64,000 nt of DNA from Vicugna vicugna (lineage: Eukaryota): positions 2,395,003 through 2,459,002 of the forward strand of contig MU058065.1 of assembly GCA_013265495.1 (NCBI GenBank), in the 5' to 3' direction. The notes under the pieces are model-generated. The model saw only the letters and a list, made by a program, of their open reading frames with translations. It was not told where the DNA came from and ran no database searches. The stretch's first letter is position 1. The number at the start of each line of letters is the position of its first letter. Shown here piece after piece: positions 25,601 to 39,060 of the stretch. The translations under genes and the position numbers were made by a program.

Positions 25601-27619
25601 ACAAATGCACAGGGACGGGGAAAAATAACCATCCACTGTCTGTCGTGGAGGTTCATCACTGAACATACTATTTACCTTCCTAATTTAAACAATTAACCTG
25701 GCTGATGACAGAGTTCATTCTGATAGTATTGTGCTCTGTGGAATGCAGAGTAGTGTATAAATAAGAATGCTTGGGTTGTCACGTTGAACAATTATTAGAT
25801 TTCCTAGTTAACTAAGACCCATTACCTTAGTTTTTCTTACAAGGTTTACACATTAGGTTGGTTTCACAAATCTATGCACTGTCCCTGTTAGGTTTGTTTC
25901 TACCGCAGCCCTTAGGAATTTGAAGATGGTTCATTAACTCAGGAGGGAAGGTGATTGTTATCTGAGATTGGGTTAGACCCTAAACAATCATTACTAGGGT
26001 CTGTCTGGAACTTAACAGTCTCTCGCTTCCCTTGGATTGTATTCAAAATCAACCCTGGATGGTTTCTCCTAGAGTTAGTTGCTCCAGGCTCTTCCTCTCT
26101 AAGAAAATGTGTTGTATACTGGAGGCCACGACTGGAATTTACCAAGCAAGGGGACCAATGACTGTCCTTAGTTTTATAGCAAAAGATTTTCAAAGGTTTT
26201 CCAGGGTGGTCTATAGAACATTTCAGAATCAATGATACAGTTTTACTAACTATCCACCCTATTGGTAAAAAGTTAAAAGTCCAGGTCAAAAACTAAATCA
26301 CATTCATTTAAAATAAAACACATACCTTGAGCAGGGTTTGACTCACTGTTTTTAAAAGTATTTATAAAGCTCACTGTTTTATAAATAAAGTTGTTTTTGA
26401 AATAAAAAAATGAAATAAAATAAAATAAAGATTGAGTCGTTGACAATTATTGTTAGCTTGAAATCTCCCGTAGTCTTAGAACTCTTGTATTTTTTAGTTT
26501 AATGTACAAGCCTAGTTTTGATTGAAGTACAGCTGTGTTTGAAACACGAGACTATACATATTTTGCAAATGATGGATTGTCACATGATCAATGAGAATTT
26601 TGTTTGTGAAGTTTGATAGGGTCCTTAGAAAACCATTCCTGGCTACACGTCCCTGATTATTTTGGCCTTGAAAGTGGCCAGGGATGGTTTATGTTACCTT
26701 TAAAGCATATTTAGTTTCAGAATTAGGTGATGTCTGAGAAGCAAAAAGGCCAGTCCTTTGTCATTTTTACTTCTTTGTTAAGCTCAGTACTGATGGGCGG
26801 GGTCTCTGCTTGTAGGCTGTGAACTAGACAGAGCAGAACAGAAAATGAGAGGCCGAGAACAGCTGCTTCCCATTGTTAATGGGCAAAACACAGAACAGAT
26901 TGTGAGATACGCAGCGATGCCAGCCATGTCCACCGTGGCCTCTTGCCCATGATTTTTCTCTAACTTGCTCAGTGCAGCCTTACTCCCAATGAGAGTCATG
27001 GGGGTGTCAGAGCCTGGGGACGGTGTGGGTGCGAAGCCCAGGCCACTTCCATATTCTAAAGCCTCTGGCGTGTGACAAAATGAAGAAGTGCTCAAATAAG
27101 GATATGAATATCGTGGCATCTTTTCAAGTCTTATGCTTAACAAGATAACATATACAGGATGCATAAAATACTGCGCAGTTTCATTTTGCCTTTTGCAAAA
27201 TATTTTAGGATTTATAAAAATGTATTGATTCACCATGTTTGCCAGGATCTTGAACTAGTAACGGGGCACAAGCTTCTAGCCATATAAAGGATGAATCTGT
27301 CTTTCAGCCTGGTTAGAGCTTCTCTGACAGCCTAAGTAATGCACGATTCTAAGTTTGAGACCGTATGTGGATACGAGGCCTGCCCCTTCCTGCTTCCCGC
27401 TTGCACTCTGTGGGGCTGCCTCTGATTCTGAGGCTGATGTGTTTGTCTTTGCTGTTCTGTACATTGGCACTCATCATGACCATATGTTGAAAAATGGCTT
27501 ACAAGGAGGACACAGGGGCTGTGTCATAGAGTGGGCTTAGCCAGGCTGGGTCCTCCAAACAGGGCTTTAGTTAGTAAAAAATATTCAGAGTCGGGGATCT
27601 GCTGCTCACCTGCCTAGCT

Positions 27620-27950
27620 TACAGGCTCAGTTCTACTGTATAGCTGTGTGACCTTGGGCAGGTTACTTAACCTCTCTGCCCTTTAGTTACCCCAACTTAA
27701 AAGATGGAGAATAACACAATTTCTTGCAATAACATATAATGGAAAAGAATCTGAAAAGAAGAAATATGCATGTATATGCAGAACTGAAATCACTTTGCTG
27801 TATACCTGAAACTAACACTGTAAATCAACTACACTTAAAAAAAAAAAAAAAAAGGTGGCGAATAACTGTTATCCATCTCATGTGTTCGTTGTGGGGATTA
27901 AATGATGTAAAGTACTTAGCACAGGGCCTGACATGGAGCAGATGATAGTC
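27620..27950 (+). mobile_element. MIR interrupted by an L1 3' tip (27716-27849)
   Basis: MIR core TAGCTGTGTGACCTTGGGCAGGTTACTTAACCTCTCTG; L1 tip with poly-A; TSD AAAAG(A/G)TGG(A/C)GAATAAC at 27699-27715 and 27850-27866 at a TT/AAAA site. Confidence 0.85.
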
Positions 27951-29124
27951 CAAGTAATGTACAATAGTAATAAATTACTGTTGTTTGTTGTGCTATTCAT
28001 TCTTCTTCCCAAGATTTCAGTGTGTTTGTTCTCTTGTTCCTGGGCTCATATAAGGGATGAAGGCCCATGAGTATCCTGAACGGAGATGCTCTGGGCATAA
28101 ATTCCAAAAGACAGGCTTTGGAAATCGTAGAACAATTGCTCACTGAGATTTGTGACATGCATTCTGAGGTTAAAAGGGTGTACACAAGGCAATTGTAGAA
28201 GAAAAGCGAATTTTTTTTCATTGTTTTTATTGATAGTTTTGAGTTCAGTGTTTCTGTTTTTGTGACATCATTACACATTCCTAATTTTACTCTGCCCCCT
28301 CCCTCCACTGTTTGAACAATAAGACAGTGATGTTCAAGCAAAGCTCCATGGAGTTCTCTGAAGCCCTCAACCTCTCTTTAACCATAGCTGCTCAGATTTT
28401 ACTTTTTACTCTTTGTAATTAACTTTTATTTAGATCTAGAGTCTACATTTTTTTTTTAATCTCTCAAGCTTGAAGACTACCTCTCCCAGGGCAAGGGGTA
28501 GGAAAGGGAACCCAAGCTTACTGCACCTGCCTACCTACGCCAGGTAAACAGTGGCTCACACACCTACATGCATAAGTGCGGGAGGACTTCGGTCAGTAAA
28601 TGTATTTGTGTTTTTCTGTAATATATGGTTTCTGAGACATATGTGAAAATGCTTTGGGACTGCTGATCTGATAATCAATCTCTGTGTCCCATTATTTTAA
28701 AGAATGTGTGGTTGTCATTGCCTTGTGTGATAGATGTCTAGTGTCAGACAGTTAGAGTTGGAAAAAACCTGGGGAATTATTTCAGGCCCAGCATCCCAGA
28801 GGTGCTGGTCAGCTTGCACAGTCACACAGAACTGCCTCTTGGCAAAAATCTGGGCTTGTAACCACATTTTATGCCACAGTACCATATTGGTTTTCCTAAA
28901 ACTATTATTTTACTGGATCAATTGTAGATAGAGAATAAACAGCTACTTGTAGGACACCTGAAAACTACCAGATCACATATTGTAATTTCTACACCTGATG
29001 TCCAAGGGCCCCAAGACATAAACACAACTCCCAAGTCCCAAGTAACTGTTAAACCAGAACGCCCCCAGCATCTACAGATGTATATAGATGGAGGTGTTAA
29101 AATACGGAGTCAAAAATGGCTCAA

Positions 29125-29955
29125 CAAAAACATGGGCAAAGGGCCTGAATAGACATTTCTCCAAAGAAGATATCCAAGTGGCCAGTAAGCACAATGTCAC
29201 AATGCTCACCATCACGATTCATTAGGGAAATGAAAATCCAGACCACAACGAGATACCATTTCACACCCATTAGGATAGCTATGGTTAAAAAAAAAAAAAA
29301 GAAATAAGAAATGCTGGCGAGGATGTGGAGAAATTGGAACTCTTGTGCGCTGCTTGTAGGTTTGTAAAATGGTGCAGCTGCTATGAAAAACAATATGGCA
29401 GTTCCTCAAACAATTAAACATAGAATTACCATATGCTCCAGCAATTCCATGTCTAGATATGCACCCAAAACAACTGAAAGCAGGGACTTGAAGGGATATT
29501 TGTACATCCATCTTCATAACTATTATTCACAATAGCTAAAATGTGGAAGCAACCCAGGAGCCCATTGATGGATGACGGATAAACAAGATGTGCTATTTAG
29601 ATGCAACGGAATACTATTCAGACTTAAAAAGGAAGTTCTGACATCTGCTACAACAGGAATGAACCTTAAAGACACTATGAGAAGTGAAATAAGCCAGTCG
29701 CAAAAAAGACAAACTGTGTAATTTCATTTATAAGAAGTACTTAGTCAAATTCATAGGGACAGAAAGTAGAATGGTGGTTACCAGGAGCTAGGAAAAGAAA
29801 GAGTGGGGAGTTATTGTTTAATGGGTACAGAGCTTCATTTTGGGAACAACATTATGGATGCATTTAATAACGCTGACCTTTACACTTAAAAATGGTTAAC
29901 ATGACAATTTTATGTTATGTATGTTTTTTTAACAGTAAAAATTAAAAAAAAAAAC
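29125..29955 (+). mobile_element. Old L1 (L1MB/L1MA-like) 3' end
   Basis: ATGGGCAAAGGGCCTGAATAGACATTTCTCCAAAGAAGATAT... through 3'UTR and A tail; frame disrupted. Confidence 0.92.
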
Positions 29956-31797
29956 AAAACTTAAAATGGGGCCAAAACTTAAACCGTAGTAAGCAGATAA
30001 TGTACTTTGTGAAAGAATATTGCAGTGAATGTGTCTGTAAGGGAGGAGCCCTAAATGCTCTCTTACAATGCAAATAATGACTACCTAATTACTGGGAATT
30101 TTCTACCCCTCACAAAGTATTTGTTGAGCATTTTCTTTGGAGTATGTATATTTTTTAGGTGGGACAGCACATCTTTGCATTTAGGTAAGCGGGCATTACC
30201 TGATGCGTTGTTTCAAGAAAGGAAATAATATTGCTTCTCTGGGCCAGGTACCAACTTAAGAGTAGTGCATTTAGAAGACTACGAGAGAGAGGGCGCTGGG
30301 ATGGGGTCAGGTATCATTTATTTTTCCTCCGTCATGTATTAAGCTACTTCATCTACATCTTCAGTGACCCAGCTGTATTTTGCTTTGGTCAAAAGACAAC
30401 CATATTTGAGGTCAGGGTCCCCAGGCTCTCATCCTGACTCAAAAGCTTAATGGCCAGGTGACTTTGAGCTGAGGCTTTTCCTGTAAAACTGAGTTTCCAT
30501 TAGATTCTATCCATCTTTAGCCTTTTGTGAACTCCTCGGTCTGTTATGTTGGGGTTTTTAGTGCATACACAGATTTTAAAACATACTGCTCTCTGCTCTT
30601 GATCCATATAGCTCTTTTCAAATTTCTAAACCCAAAAAACTCCTCCAAGACTGCTTCTGAACGAACTCTGGGAAACCCAGCGGACTCAGTTCATGGCCCT
30701 GCGTTGAGAAGGCATCTCGGTTTTAGAAGCTGTTCTGTTACATCGTTTGGCGTATCATTTATAGAAGCAGTGTTGTGAAAACTGTTGGGAAGCCCTCGAC
30801 ACTAGTGCTGATGGAATCAGTTATTCGCTCACTCTAGAGTTCCAGAGCTGGTGGACACCACGCTGTCCTGCCTCTTGTCCTGGAAAAGTCATAAGGAGAA
30901 CAAACGGAAAGGGATAGATGGTGACAAAGGCTTGGATCTTCATTCTGAATTTAGTGGCTTGGAAATTAAAACTTGCGTTTTTCCAACAGAACGAGAAAGG
31001 AAAATGACCACCTCTAATAATGGCTTTAAGAAAACCCTTCAATGTCGTGTTTACCTACAGTTTCAAGGGTCCTTAGAGGCTTATTTTCTGTTTATTATAC
31101 CGTGGTAACTCTCGGCAGCTAGCTGCATCCTAGACGTAGAGCCCGGGGTACTTTTGTGTTGTCAAGACATGTCCTTTGGCCATTACTTGTTTTCTGATTG
31201 CTTATCTTTGCTGTGTCGTTTTCTGGGAGGAGGTAATGTTGAATATGTTGGAAGAACAGATAATTGGCAGCCAGTTGAAAAGTTAAATGTTCATTTCTTC
31301 ATTTTGCGTTAAACTGAATGTTAAGTCCCCATGGCAATTATTCATGATTGTTAGTCTTACCAATGAATGGGCCAAGGAGATTTTTTTGACTTGGCTGTGA
31401 TAGATTTTTACTTTTTTTTTTTTTTACAATGATGTTTACAGGAAGAAAAATTCATACCGTTATGTTGCTTTTGGTTGTTGTCCGAGAGTTATCCATCAGA
31501 GACTGACACCAAATAGACTTGTATGTTGATAGTGTATCAACAGTTTCCAGAAAAAATTAATTTACTTCCTGTCCCACAGGCAAAATCTGCCTTTAAAATG
31601 CGAAGCAGTCATGGATTGAGACATAATTCGAAACCCCTCAATTTTCTGAACATTAATCTTCTAAATTCTCACAGTTCCATTGTAAGTTAATGAAGTAATT
31701 ACATTCTGCATGTTGTATTTTCTTTTCTGTATTATGCAACTGTTAAGTAAATCACTGCTTTATCATCTTCACACGAGGGTGGCTCTGCCATGGCACT

Positions 31798-32290
31798 TCA
31801 TTCATTCATGCAGAATGCGGGGCACTAGGAAACGTCAGTGAACAAAAGGCAAAATCATTGCCTCCAGAGCTTACGCTGTGGAGTGCAGAATAACAAAATA
31901 AAGTAGCAGGTCCCACGGACTGGGAAGGCCAGTGGAGCGGGGTTTAGTACTAGGAGTGCTGGGGTCGGGGACTGACAGCAGTGCATCTTATTTAGAGAGT
32001 TCAGGATGGGCCTTACTGAGAGACAGATTTTCTTTAATAGACTTGATGGAGGTGAAGGAGTGACCCAAGCAGATATTTGGGGAAGAGCGCATTGAACAGA
32101 GGGCAGGAGCAGATGACCACGTCAGAGGCAGACAGGGGCTTACTGAGAAGGGCCTTGAAGGTCTTGGTAAGGACTTGGCTCTTGCCTGGGGAGAGGGCTT
32201 TGGGCAGGGGAATGACCTGCTCTGACCTACAGTGGATCTGGCTGCTGAATTAAGAACAGATGGTAAGGGAGCAATGGTTGAAAGAATTGC
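31798..32290 (-). mobile_element. LINE-2 3' end
   Basis: TCATTCATTCA tail followed by degenerate antisense L2 motifs. Confidence 0.65.
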
Positions 32291-35200
32291 TCTGATCTTC
32301 CTAAAGAGGACTCTCCTAACCCTTCACCAGCCTGTCAAAATTTTATTGAAAAGAAAATGTTGAGTATGTCTAAGGAAATTTAGCTGCATTGTTTTCTGGT
32401 CCATTAGTCTAGTGCCTTCTGGTTGATTTGCTATCAAAGAATCAGAATTGAGGGGCCTCTTTAGGTCTGTCTAAAGGAGAAGATGAGCCATTTAAAACTA
32501 GAACTCGTACATGATACAACTTTCTAAGGTAAAAGTGACTGGAAAGGGCCCTTGCTTCTCTAATGTTTCCTGTGGCCTATAGAGTGACCGAAAAAACCAA
32601 AAAGCAAAGAACCCTCCCCTTCCACGTGGCATTAAAGTCCCATTAATTAGCCTAGAATTTAAAACTTATCCGAAGGGAGGGGACTGCACAGGGAGAGCAG
32701 AGGCAGCCCTTCTCAGCCTGACTTCCTGGGCCCTCAAGGATGACATCGGCCCGCAGCTGCCAGCGATGGGGTGACAGCAGGATGGGGTTCTCCAAATCCC
32801 TGAAGCTCTCTTCCACCCACGTCACCTTACCCTGCCGTCGGGAAGAATTTATGTTACCTGTTTTTTTTTTTCACTGCTGATTAAGGACGTTGTTACAAGT
32901 ACTGATCTCTTTCTTGACCTAAACCAAACAACAGCAAAGCCCTATTTCCTTGGGTGGAGGCATCGGGCGGGGTGAGTGGCGGTGTCCTTGCTCCCGTGTC
33001 CCTGAGTAATAATAGATCTGCGTCCAGCCATCCAGCGTTCCAGAAAGCCCAGTTCTTCTCCTCCTGTGCTGGAGTAGCTACTGTGTTCTGTATTTCCCTG
33101 GGGATGGACATTTAAATGGTTTTAAAAACTAATTCATAATTATTATGAAAGTTTTGGAAGAAACGCAGAAATGTAAAGACGAAAATAAAAACCACCTGAT
33201 AGAATGCCTTGGGAGAACCACTGCAATGTTGTTTATACTATTATCTTTTTCTTCAAATATTATAAAAAGTAAACATGAACAATATCTCAGCATATATATG
33301 TTGTATTTATAGATATTCTCAATACTGAAAGTATAAAGTTAACTTCCAAAGGCAAGAAAAGTAAAAGGGAGACTCTAAAATGATATAAAATGCAGCTATG
33401 TGATATAAAGTGATATAAAAATTATCAGCTAAATTTGTGAAATGTGTACAGCTTAAGGGATGTGAAAATAAGTCTCTGTTTATACCAAGACCTGAAATGT
33501 GGCCGTGAATTTCACAAGCGCGCACCGTGATCAGCAGGAGGGTTACTCGGGTTTGGCACTTCCCGCAGTGGATGCGTGCTGTCATCCACTCAGTTGGAAC
33601 CTGTCTGGCTTCTTTTTAACTTGGCAAGCATGCCCGCTGGACAGCTTTGCAATTTTTCTAGTGTGTGTACTCAAGTCTGTCTTTATTTTTGTTTTTCTAG
33701 AAGTAAAAGTTTGACAATTCTTTCTCTGTCTCTCATTAGGTAACACCTTTACTTGGTACAGCACCAACTCTCCTGTAATATTTGATTCCGTCCTTGATCA
33801 CTCAGTGTTCGGAATGGGGGTTTCTGGTGTACTCACACTAGTGAAGGCACAGGATATATTCACGGTTAACCTCAGGTTCATCACCGTTTGCAAAAGTTCT
33901 GAAAAAAGTTGTAGCTAAATTATGTATACTACTTGGGTAAAACAAATACAGTAAAAGGAAAAAAAAAATAGGTTGAAGAACAGCCTGTGAGAAACCAAAA
34001 TACATTTTTTCAAAAGTGTAACAAGTTAGATGTAGTTCTGAACGACAGTGAGGCATTAGCATATTTTTGTTAAAGTAATTTGGAATGGTATTAATACACA
34101 TCTAAGGTATCCGGTGGATCACTTCCCAGGCAGAATAAACTTTGAGACTAAATCACTTTGTTTTGACACCAGAAGTGTAGCACTATGTATTGTAGACATA
34201 AAGGCATAGTCCTCAGAGGTATTTTGGGAAATTATACATCAACATATGTTAAAACCATAATGATCACTATTTCCTACTTCCTGTGCCCAATGATGGGTTT
34301 AAAGTCTTCTGTTCAACGTTGGCCTTTACTTTGCTTGCCTTTCAGAGGCAAGTTCTTTCTGCACTTGCTTCTCCGGGAATGTTTTCTCACAGGTTTGTTC
34401 TCCTTGACTTATTGTTGTGCACACATGAGCTTAAAGCCTATGTAATTTCAGCTGTTTAGTTCAAGGTGGTTTTCAAATAACTAGCAGTGAAACGCGCCTT
34501 TCCTACAACACTGCTGCAAAATCCAGTCTTTCCCTAGGATGCAGTGTTGGAGATGGACCCACAAACACAATTTGCAGATTTTACCATTGATCATTCTTAT
34601 TTTAGAAACTCTGTTTCCTTTCATTTGATCCAGATGATCCCAGTCTATTCTAACCTCCCTAGTTTGGAATCGGTGACCTGGAAGAAAGGGGGCTGTGGCT
34701 TTGGCCGAGCGGGCGGGCTCAGCTGAGCGTGCGTGGTGGGGTAAAGGGGCGGCTCCAGCTCCGGCTGGCAGCGCGGATCTGCAGCCGCTTGTTTGGAGGG
34801 TTTGGCACGCGTGCTCAGCCACCGCCTGATGGCTGCTCTGTCATGCCGGGGCCATGGGTGGGACCGACATTTAGGAGCGTGAACCTCGGCATCACTTGGG
34901 AGGTTCTCCACAGTTCGCTTTACCTGGCTGTCACCACACATTGTTTGTCGTTAAAGGGCCATTGTTCAGACTGTGGGAAAGGGAGACGCAGGGTCTGCTG
35001 GGTCAAAATTCAACGTTCTACTCAAGTTTGAATAAAGACGTCCTTACACCCTACATCTGTGCTGTCCATTCCGCTTTTCAAAGGTCAGGGAAACTATACT
35101 CAGTGTTAAGTATGTTTTGGAGACTTGATTTTCACGCCACAGATAATCGGTGACCTGCCATCCTGAGACTTTAAAGAAAATTTTCTGCGAGTCTGACCCA

Positions 35201-35659
35201 TCCCCTTTCCTCCCATGCTAGGTGCCATGCTATTATTAGGGTAAAGCCAATTTATTATTACATTCTGAGCAGAAACATTTAGTGACACTGAACTTGTACC
35301 ATGAAATCGGGGCATTATAAACCTTGCTAACAGTCTTCATTTTTTTGGTAGGCGATTTTGACTCTTCTTGATTGCCTTGGGTAGAAATTAAAAAATTAAC
35401 TGGTGAAAAAAACCCTTTCACTTTCTGAGAGAGGAAGATTTTCACTTTCAGAAAGTGAAAGAGAGAGATAAGTGAACTTATGCTCTATTTGAGGATGGAC
35501 GATTTTGGAGTTGGGGTGGATTGTCTTCCCTGAGTGCTAACGATCTATAAGAAGAAAACACCCGACTGCTGATAGATGTGTCTGTTTGCAATTGATAGCA
35601 TCATTGCAGTTTAAAGTTTCTCTAAGGGGGTTCAAGCGGTCATAGAAAAAGACTAGTCT

Positions 35660-35850
35660 GATGGAAAACAAACTTATGGCTACCAAAGCGGAAAGGGAGT
35701 GGGGGAGGGATAAATTAGGGGTTTGGGATTAGCAGATACAAACTACTATATATAAAATAGATAAACAACAACGACCTTCTGTACAGCACAGGGAACTATA
35801 TTCAATATCTTGTAACAACCTATAATGAAAAAACATATGTGTGTGTAACA
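35660..35850 (+). mobile_element. L1 3'UTR fragment
   Basis: GAAAACAAACTTATGGCTACCAAAG...GGATAAATTAGGGG...ACAGCACAGGGAACTATATTCAATATCTTG, like 2780-2930. Confidence 0.85.
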
Positions 35851-36689
35851 TGGTTTGCCTTTGCTGCACTTGGGATTTGTGCTCTTAAAATTGTTTAAGA
35901 GCTGGTCTTCTTTAATTATAGTTCCCATATTGCCTAAGAATGTAATTTATAATTTGGGGAACTATTTTTTAAAGATAGGATTTATTACTAGGAATGAAAA
36001 AGGCAAAAGGCCATTAATAATTTTTATACTGTTTTGTAAGAAAATACTTTTTTTTGTCGTTATGTTGAAGAACTTTGAAATGATTTAAACAATCTAGCAA
36101 AAATCACTGTTAGTTTTTTCTTACCTGTGAAAATAACATTATTTGGGATCCTCCGTATAAGCATCGCTGATTAGGTGGTTTCTTGTTGGAAAATGGTTCG
36201 TTATTGCAAAATACTGAGATACTCTCAACCTACATAGTATTATTATTTTTTTTCTGAGATGTTTTGAAATGCTCTTCTTTAATGAATCCAAAGTTTTAAA
36301 GAAATAGACAAGCAGTGCGGGATATAACTAATGCTGTCTTTCTTGTCAAATTGGGTAGATTTGCTCTAGGGAGGTGATGGAAAGGGGTAAAAAAGTTCAC
36401 CTCTTGCTTCATGAGAAACACTGTGGGGTGTTAAACATGGGCTGGATGCTACATGTGATTTTACTCACTTCCTGCTTGGTTTTGATGAGTCATTTCCTGT
36501 CTCTGTCCCTCAGTTTCTTTATTTAAAGACATGGGATGAGGGCAAATGATGTAGAAAGGTTCTTCCAGATGGACCTCTGTTGGAGGACAGTCTCTGCCTT
36601 CCAGAGGAGCTTGAAGCATGACCTGGTCGAGTCTCCAAGCCTGTTGCTACTGTCATGACTGCCCCCTCCTCTTTGGTTTAGCTCCCTGG

Positions 36690-38075
36690 GTTCCTTGGCT
36701 CAGAAAATTTTTCCCCACTCTTGGGAATGATTCTTGAATCTCCTCTCCCTCTCACACCCTCAGCTGACCATGTCCCATTGGTTCTACTACTTTAGTAGCT
36801 TAGACCCCTTCAACTTCTGTCCATCCTCACTGCAGCATCGATGGAAGCCACTGTTGTCATCTCTTGATGTATTGCTCCATTCTTGAGCTTCTTCATTCCC
36901 ATCCTCCTTAAAGTCCAAGCTCCTTACCATAGCTTACAGGACCCTCCTTCTGTTGGCCTCTGCCACCTCTCATGTGCCATCTCTCCCCACTCTTCCTTTC
37001 CAGTCAATCAGCCATATGCACTGTTCTCAGTTTGCAGAAGATGCCATATCCTTTCCCTCCTGTGGCTTTTCTTTCCTCAGTTCCACTGTCTGATCATTCT
37101 TGCTTAGCCCTACTCTCTCCTTTTGCTGTTTCCATTTGGCTAATCCTCTTCATCTTTCAGATCCTATCTTTGTTTTTTTTCCTTTTTCAGTTTTATTAGA
37201 AAGAATTGTTACAATTTGGCTGCACATACACAATATATTGCATGTAAATACATAAATACAATATACTGCACATATTTTTGTAATTTACATATATGTACTG
37301 TTCATTGTTTCTAAGAACATTTAGAGCTTTAGCTTTTTAAACTTACATAGTTATCAAAGGAATAAAGCCAACCACAAAATAAGAGTTAATTAAAAAAGAT
37401 AAATACACCCTGTTATTAACAACATTATTTATAATTACCAAGATATTGGAAGCATCCTAAATGCACATCAATAGATGAATGGATAAAGAAGATGCAGCAT
37501 ATATATGTAAGGGAATACAACTCACCCATAAGAAAGAAAGACTATTTTGCCATTTGCAGCCCTTAATTCACTTTTTTTTTTCGCATCAAAAACCAGAATT
37601 TTATAACTGGCATATGCATTTCCATTGCATCAAAAACAGCAAAATACTTAGAAATAAACTTAACCAAGGAGGTTACCTATACTCTGAAAACTGTAAAACA
37701 TTGATAAAGGAAATTGAAGGTGCTGCAAAGAAATGGAAAGATGTCTGTGCTCTTGGATTGGAAGCATCAGCTTTATCAAAATGGCTTCACTACCCAAAGC
37801 AACCTACATTTCAGGTCCTGTCTTGAAGGTCACTTCCTCAAAAGTTCCCTGAGGAAGGGACAAGTGTAGACAAGGTTATTTTATTTTCTCATAGTTCTTT
37901 GTGCTATGTATGTGTTACCACATCAGGCGCGGATATAATTCATACTGTTTAATTGTCCTTCTCTCTCTGTTAGAAGGTGTGCTCCATGAAGGTAAGAGCT
38001 TTTCTGTCCTGCCTCAACTCTCGGCACAGTGCCTGGTACTTAGTAGATACTCAGTAAGTACTTGCTGAATGAATA
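36690..38075 (+). mobile_element. LINE-2 interrupted by a 638-bp retro-insert
   Basis: L2 motifs on both sides of 37171-37808, ending CACAGTGCCTGGTACTTAGTAGATACTCAGTAAGTACTTGCTGAATGAAT. Confidence 0.7.
37171..37808 (-). mobile_element. Retrotransposed polyadenylated fragment containing two L1 ORF2 pieces in the opposite orientation
   Basis: TSD TTTCAG(A/G)TCCT(A/G)TCTT at 37155-37170 and 37809-37824; minus strand ends AATAAA-ACTG followed by an A-rich tail. Confidence 0.7.
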
Positions 38076-38652
38076 CGTGAAAGAAGGAAACAAAGAAAGA
38101 CAGAATGCATTTTCAATAAGCAGGCAAGCCCAGCAGGCTTCAGCGGTATTTCTTCCTCTCCTTTCCTGCCATCCTCGTTACCTCCCACCCCATTTCTGTT
38201 AGAAACAGGGACTTCCCTGTTACATTTATCACCTCAAAGGAATTTTTCCCCCAAGTTCAAGTTCCTCATTGCTCTCATTTATATGAGAAGTGGTAAGGGC
38301 CCATGTTTGTTCTGGCTAAACTGCATAGATTCCTTCCGATGATCTTTTTCTGCTAGCAAAAAGTTTCAAGTCCAGGAAACTTTGCTTCAAACTTTTCCCA
38401 CCCATCTTGGTGTCCCTGCTGTGATCTGTTTAATAGTAGTGACCCAGGGTGATTCCTTGCTGCTGTCATTGTTACCTTCAGTTGAATATTTATTTCTTTT
38501 ATTTTAATCTCAATAAGCACAGGCTTTTTGGGCCTTCCTGCTCATTTTTAAGATTGGTACAGAAACTCTTGGTATTGGATAGGGGAGCTTCAGGAACTAC
38601 CTTATAAGTTATAAGGATGGTCAGTATCATATTGACTTTAAAAGTGAAAGTC

Positions 38653-38772
38653 GGAGCATGGGTAGAGCTCAGTGGTAGAGCGTGTGCTTAGCATGCACGA
38701 GGTCCTGGGTTCAATCCCCAGTACTTCCATTAAAATAAATAAATAAACCTAATTACCTCCCCCTACTCAAAA
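38653..38772 (+). mobile_element. tRNA-Ala-derived SINE (vic-1-like)
   Basis: GCTCAGTGGTAGAGCGTGTGCTTAGCATGCACGAGGTCCTGGGTTCAATCCCCAGTACTTCCA plus AT tail; TSD GTGAAAGTC at 38644-38652 and 38775-38783, TT/AAAA target. Confidence 0.92.
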
Positions 38773-38879
38773 CGGTGAAAGTCAGTGAGGGTGAATGCAG
38801 CCTCATTGATGCCAGTGTCTGTATCTTTGCTGTCACCCCACGAGGTGATGTTCCACAGCCATTTATACAGTGGGTTGTA

Positions 38880-39060
38880 GGATCAGAGCCCAGCTCTAGA
38901 ACTTTCTAGCTGACTGACCCAGAGCAAGGTGCTTAACTTTTTGGGGCCCCAGTTTCCTTATCAATCCAGTGCAGGTGAAAGTAGTATCTATATCTTAACG
39001 ATTTTAATGAAGATTAAATGAGGTGCTCCATGTAAAGTGCTTAGCATAGTGTTGGCACTT
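38880..39060 (+). mobile_element. MIR SINE
   Basis: CAGTTTCCTTATC...GAAGATTAAATGAG...CATGTAAAGTGCTTAGCATAGTG. Confidence 0.75.

Noticed and set aside
38660..38730. Possible tRNA-Ala gene
   Set aside because: Diverged acceptor stem, SINE tail, TSD and multiple similar copies show it is a SINE.
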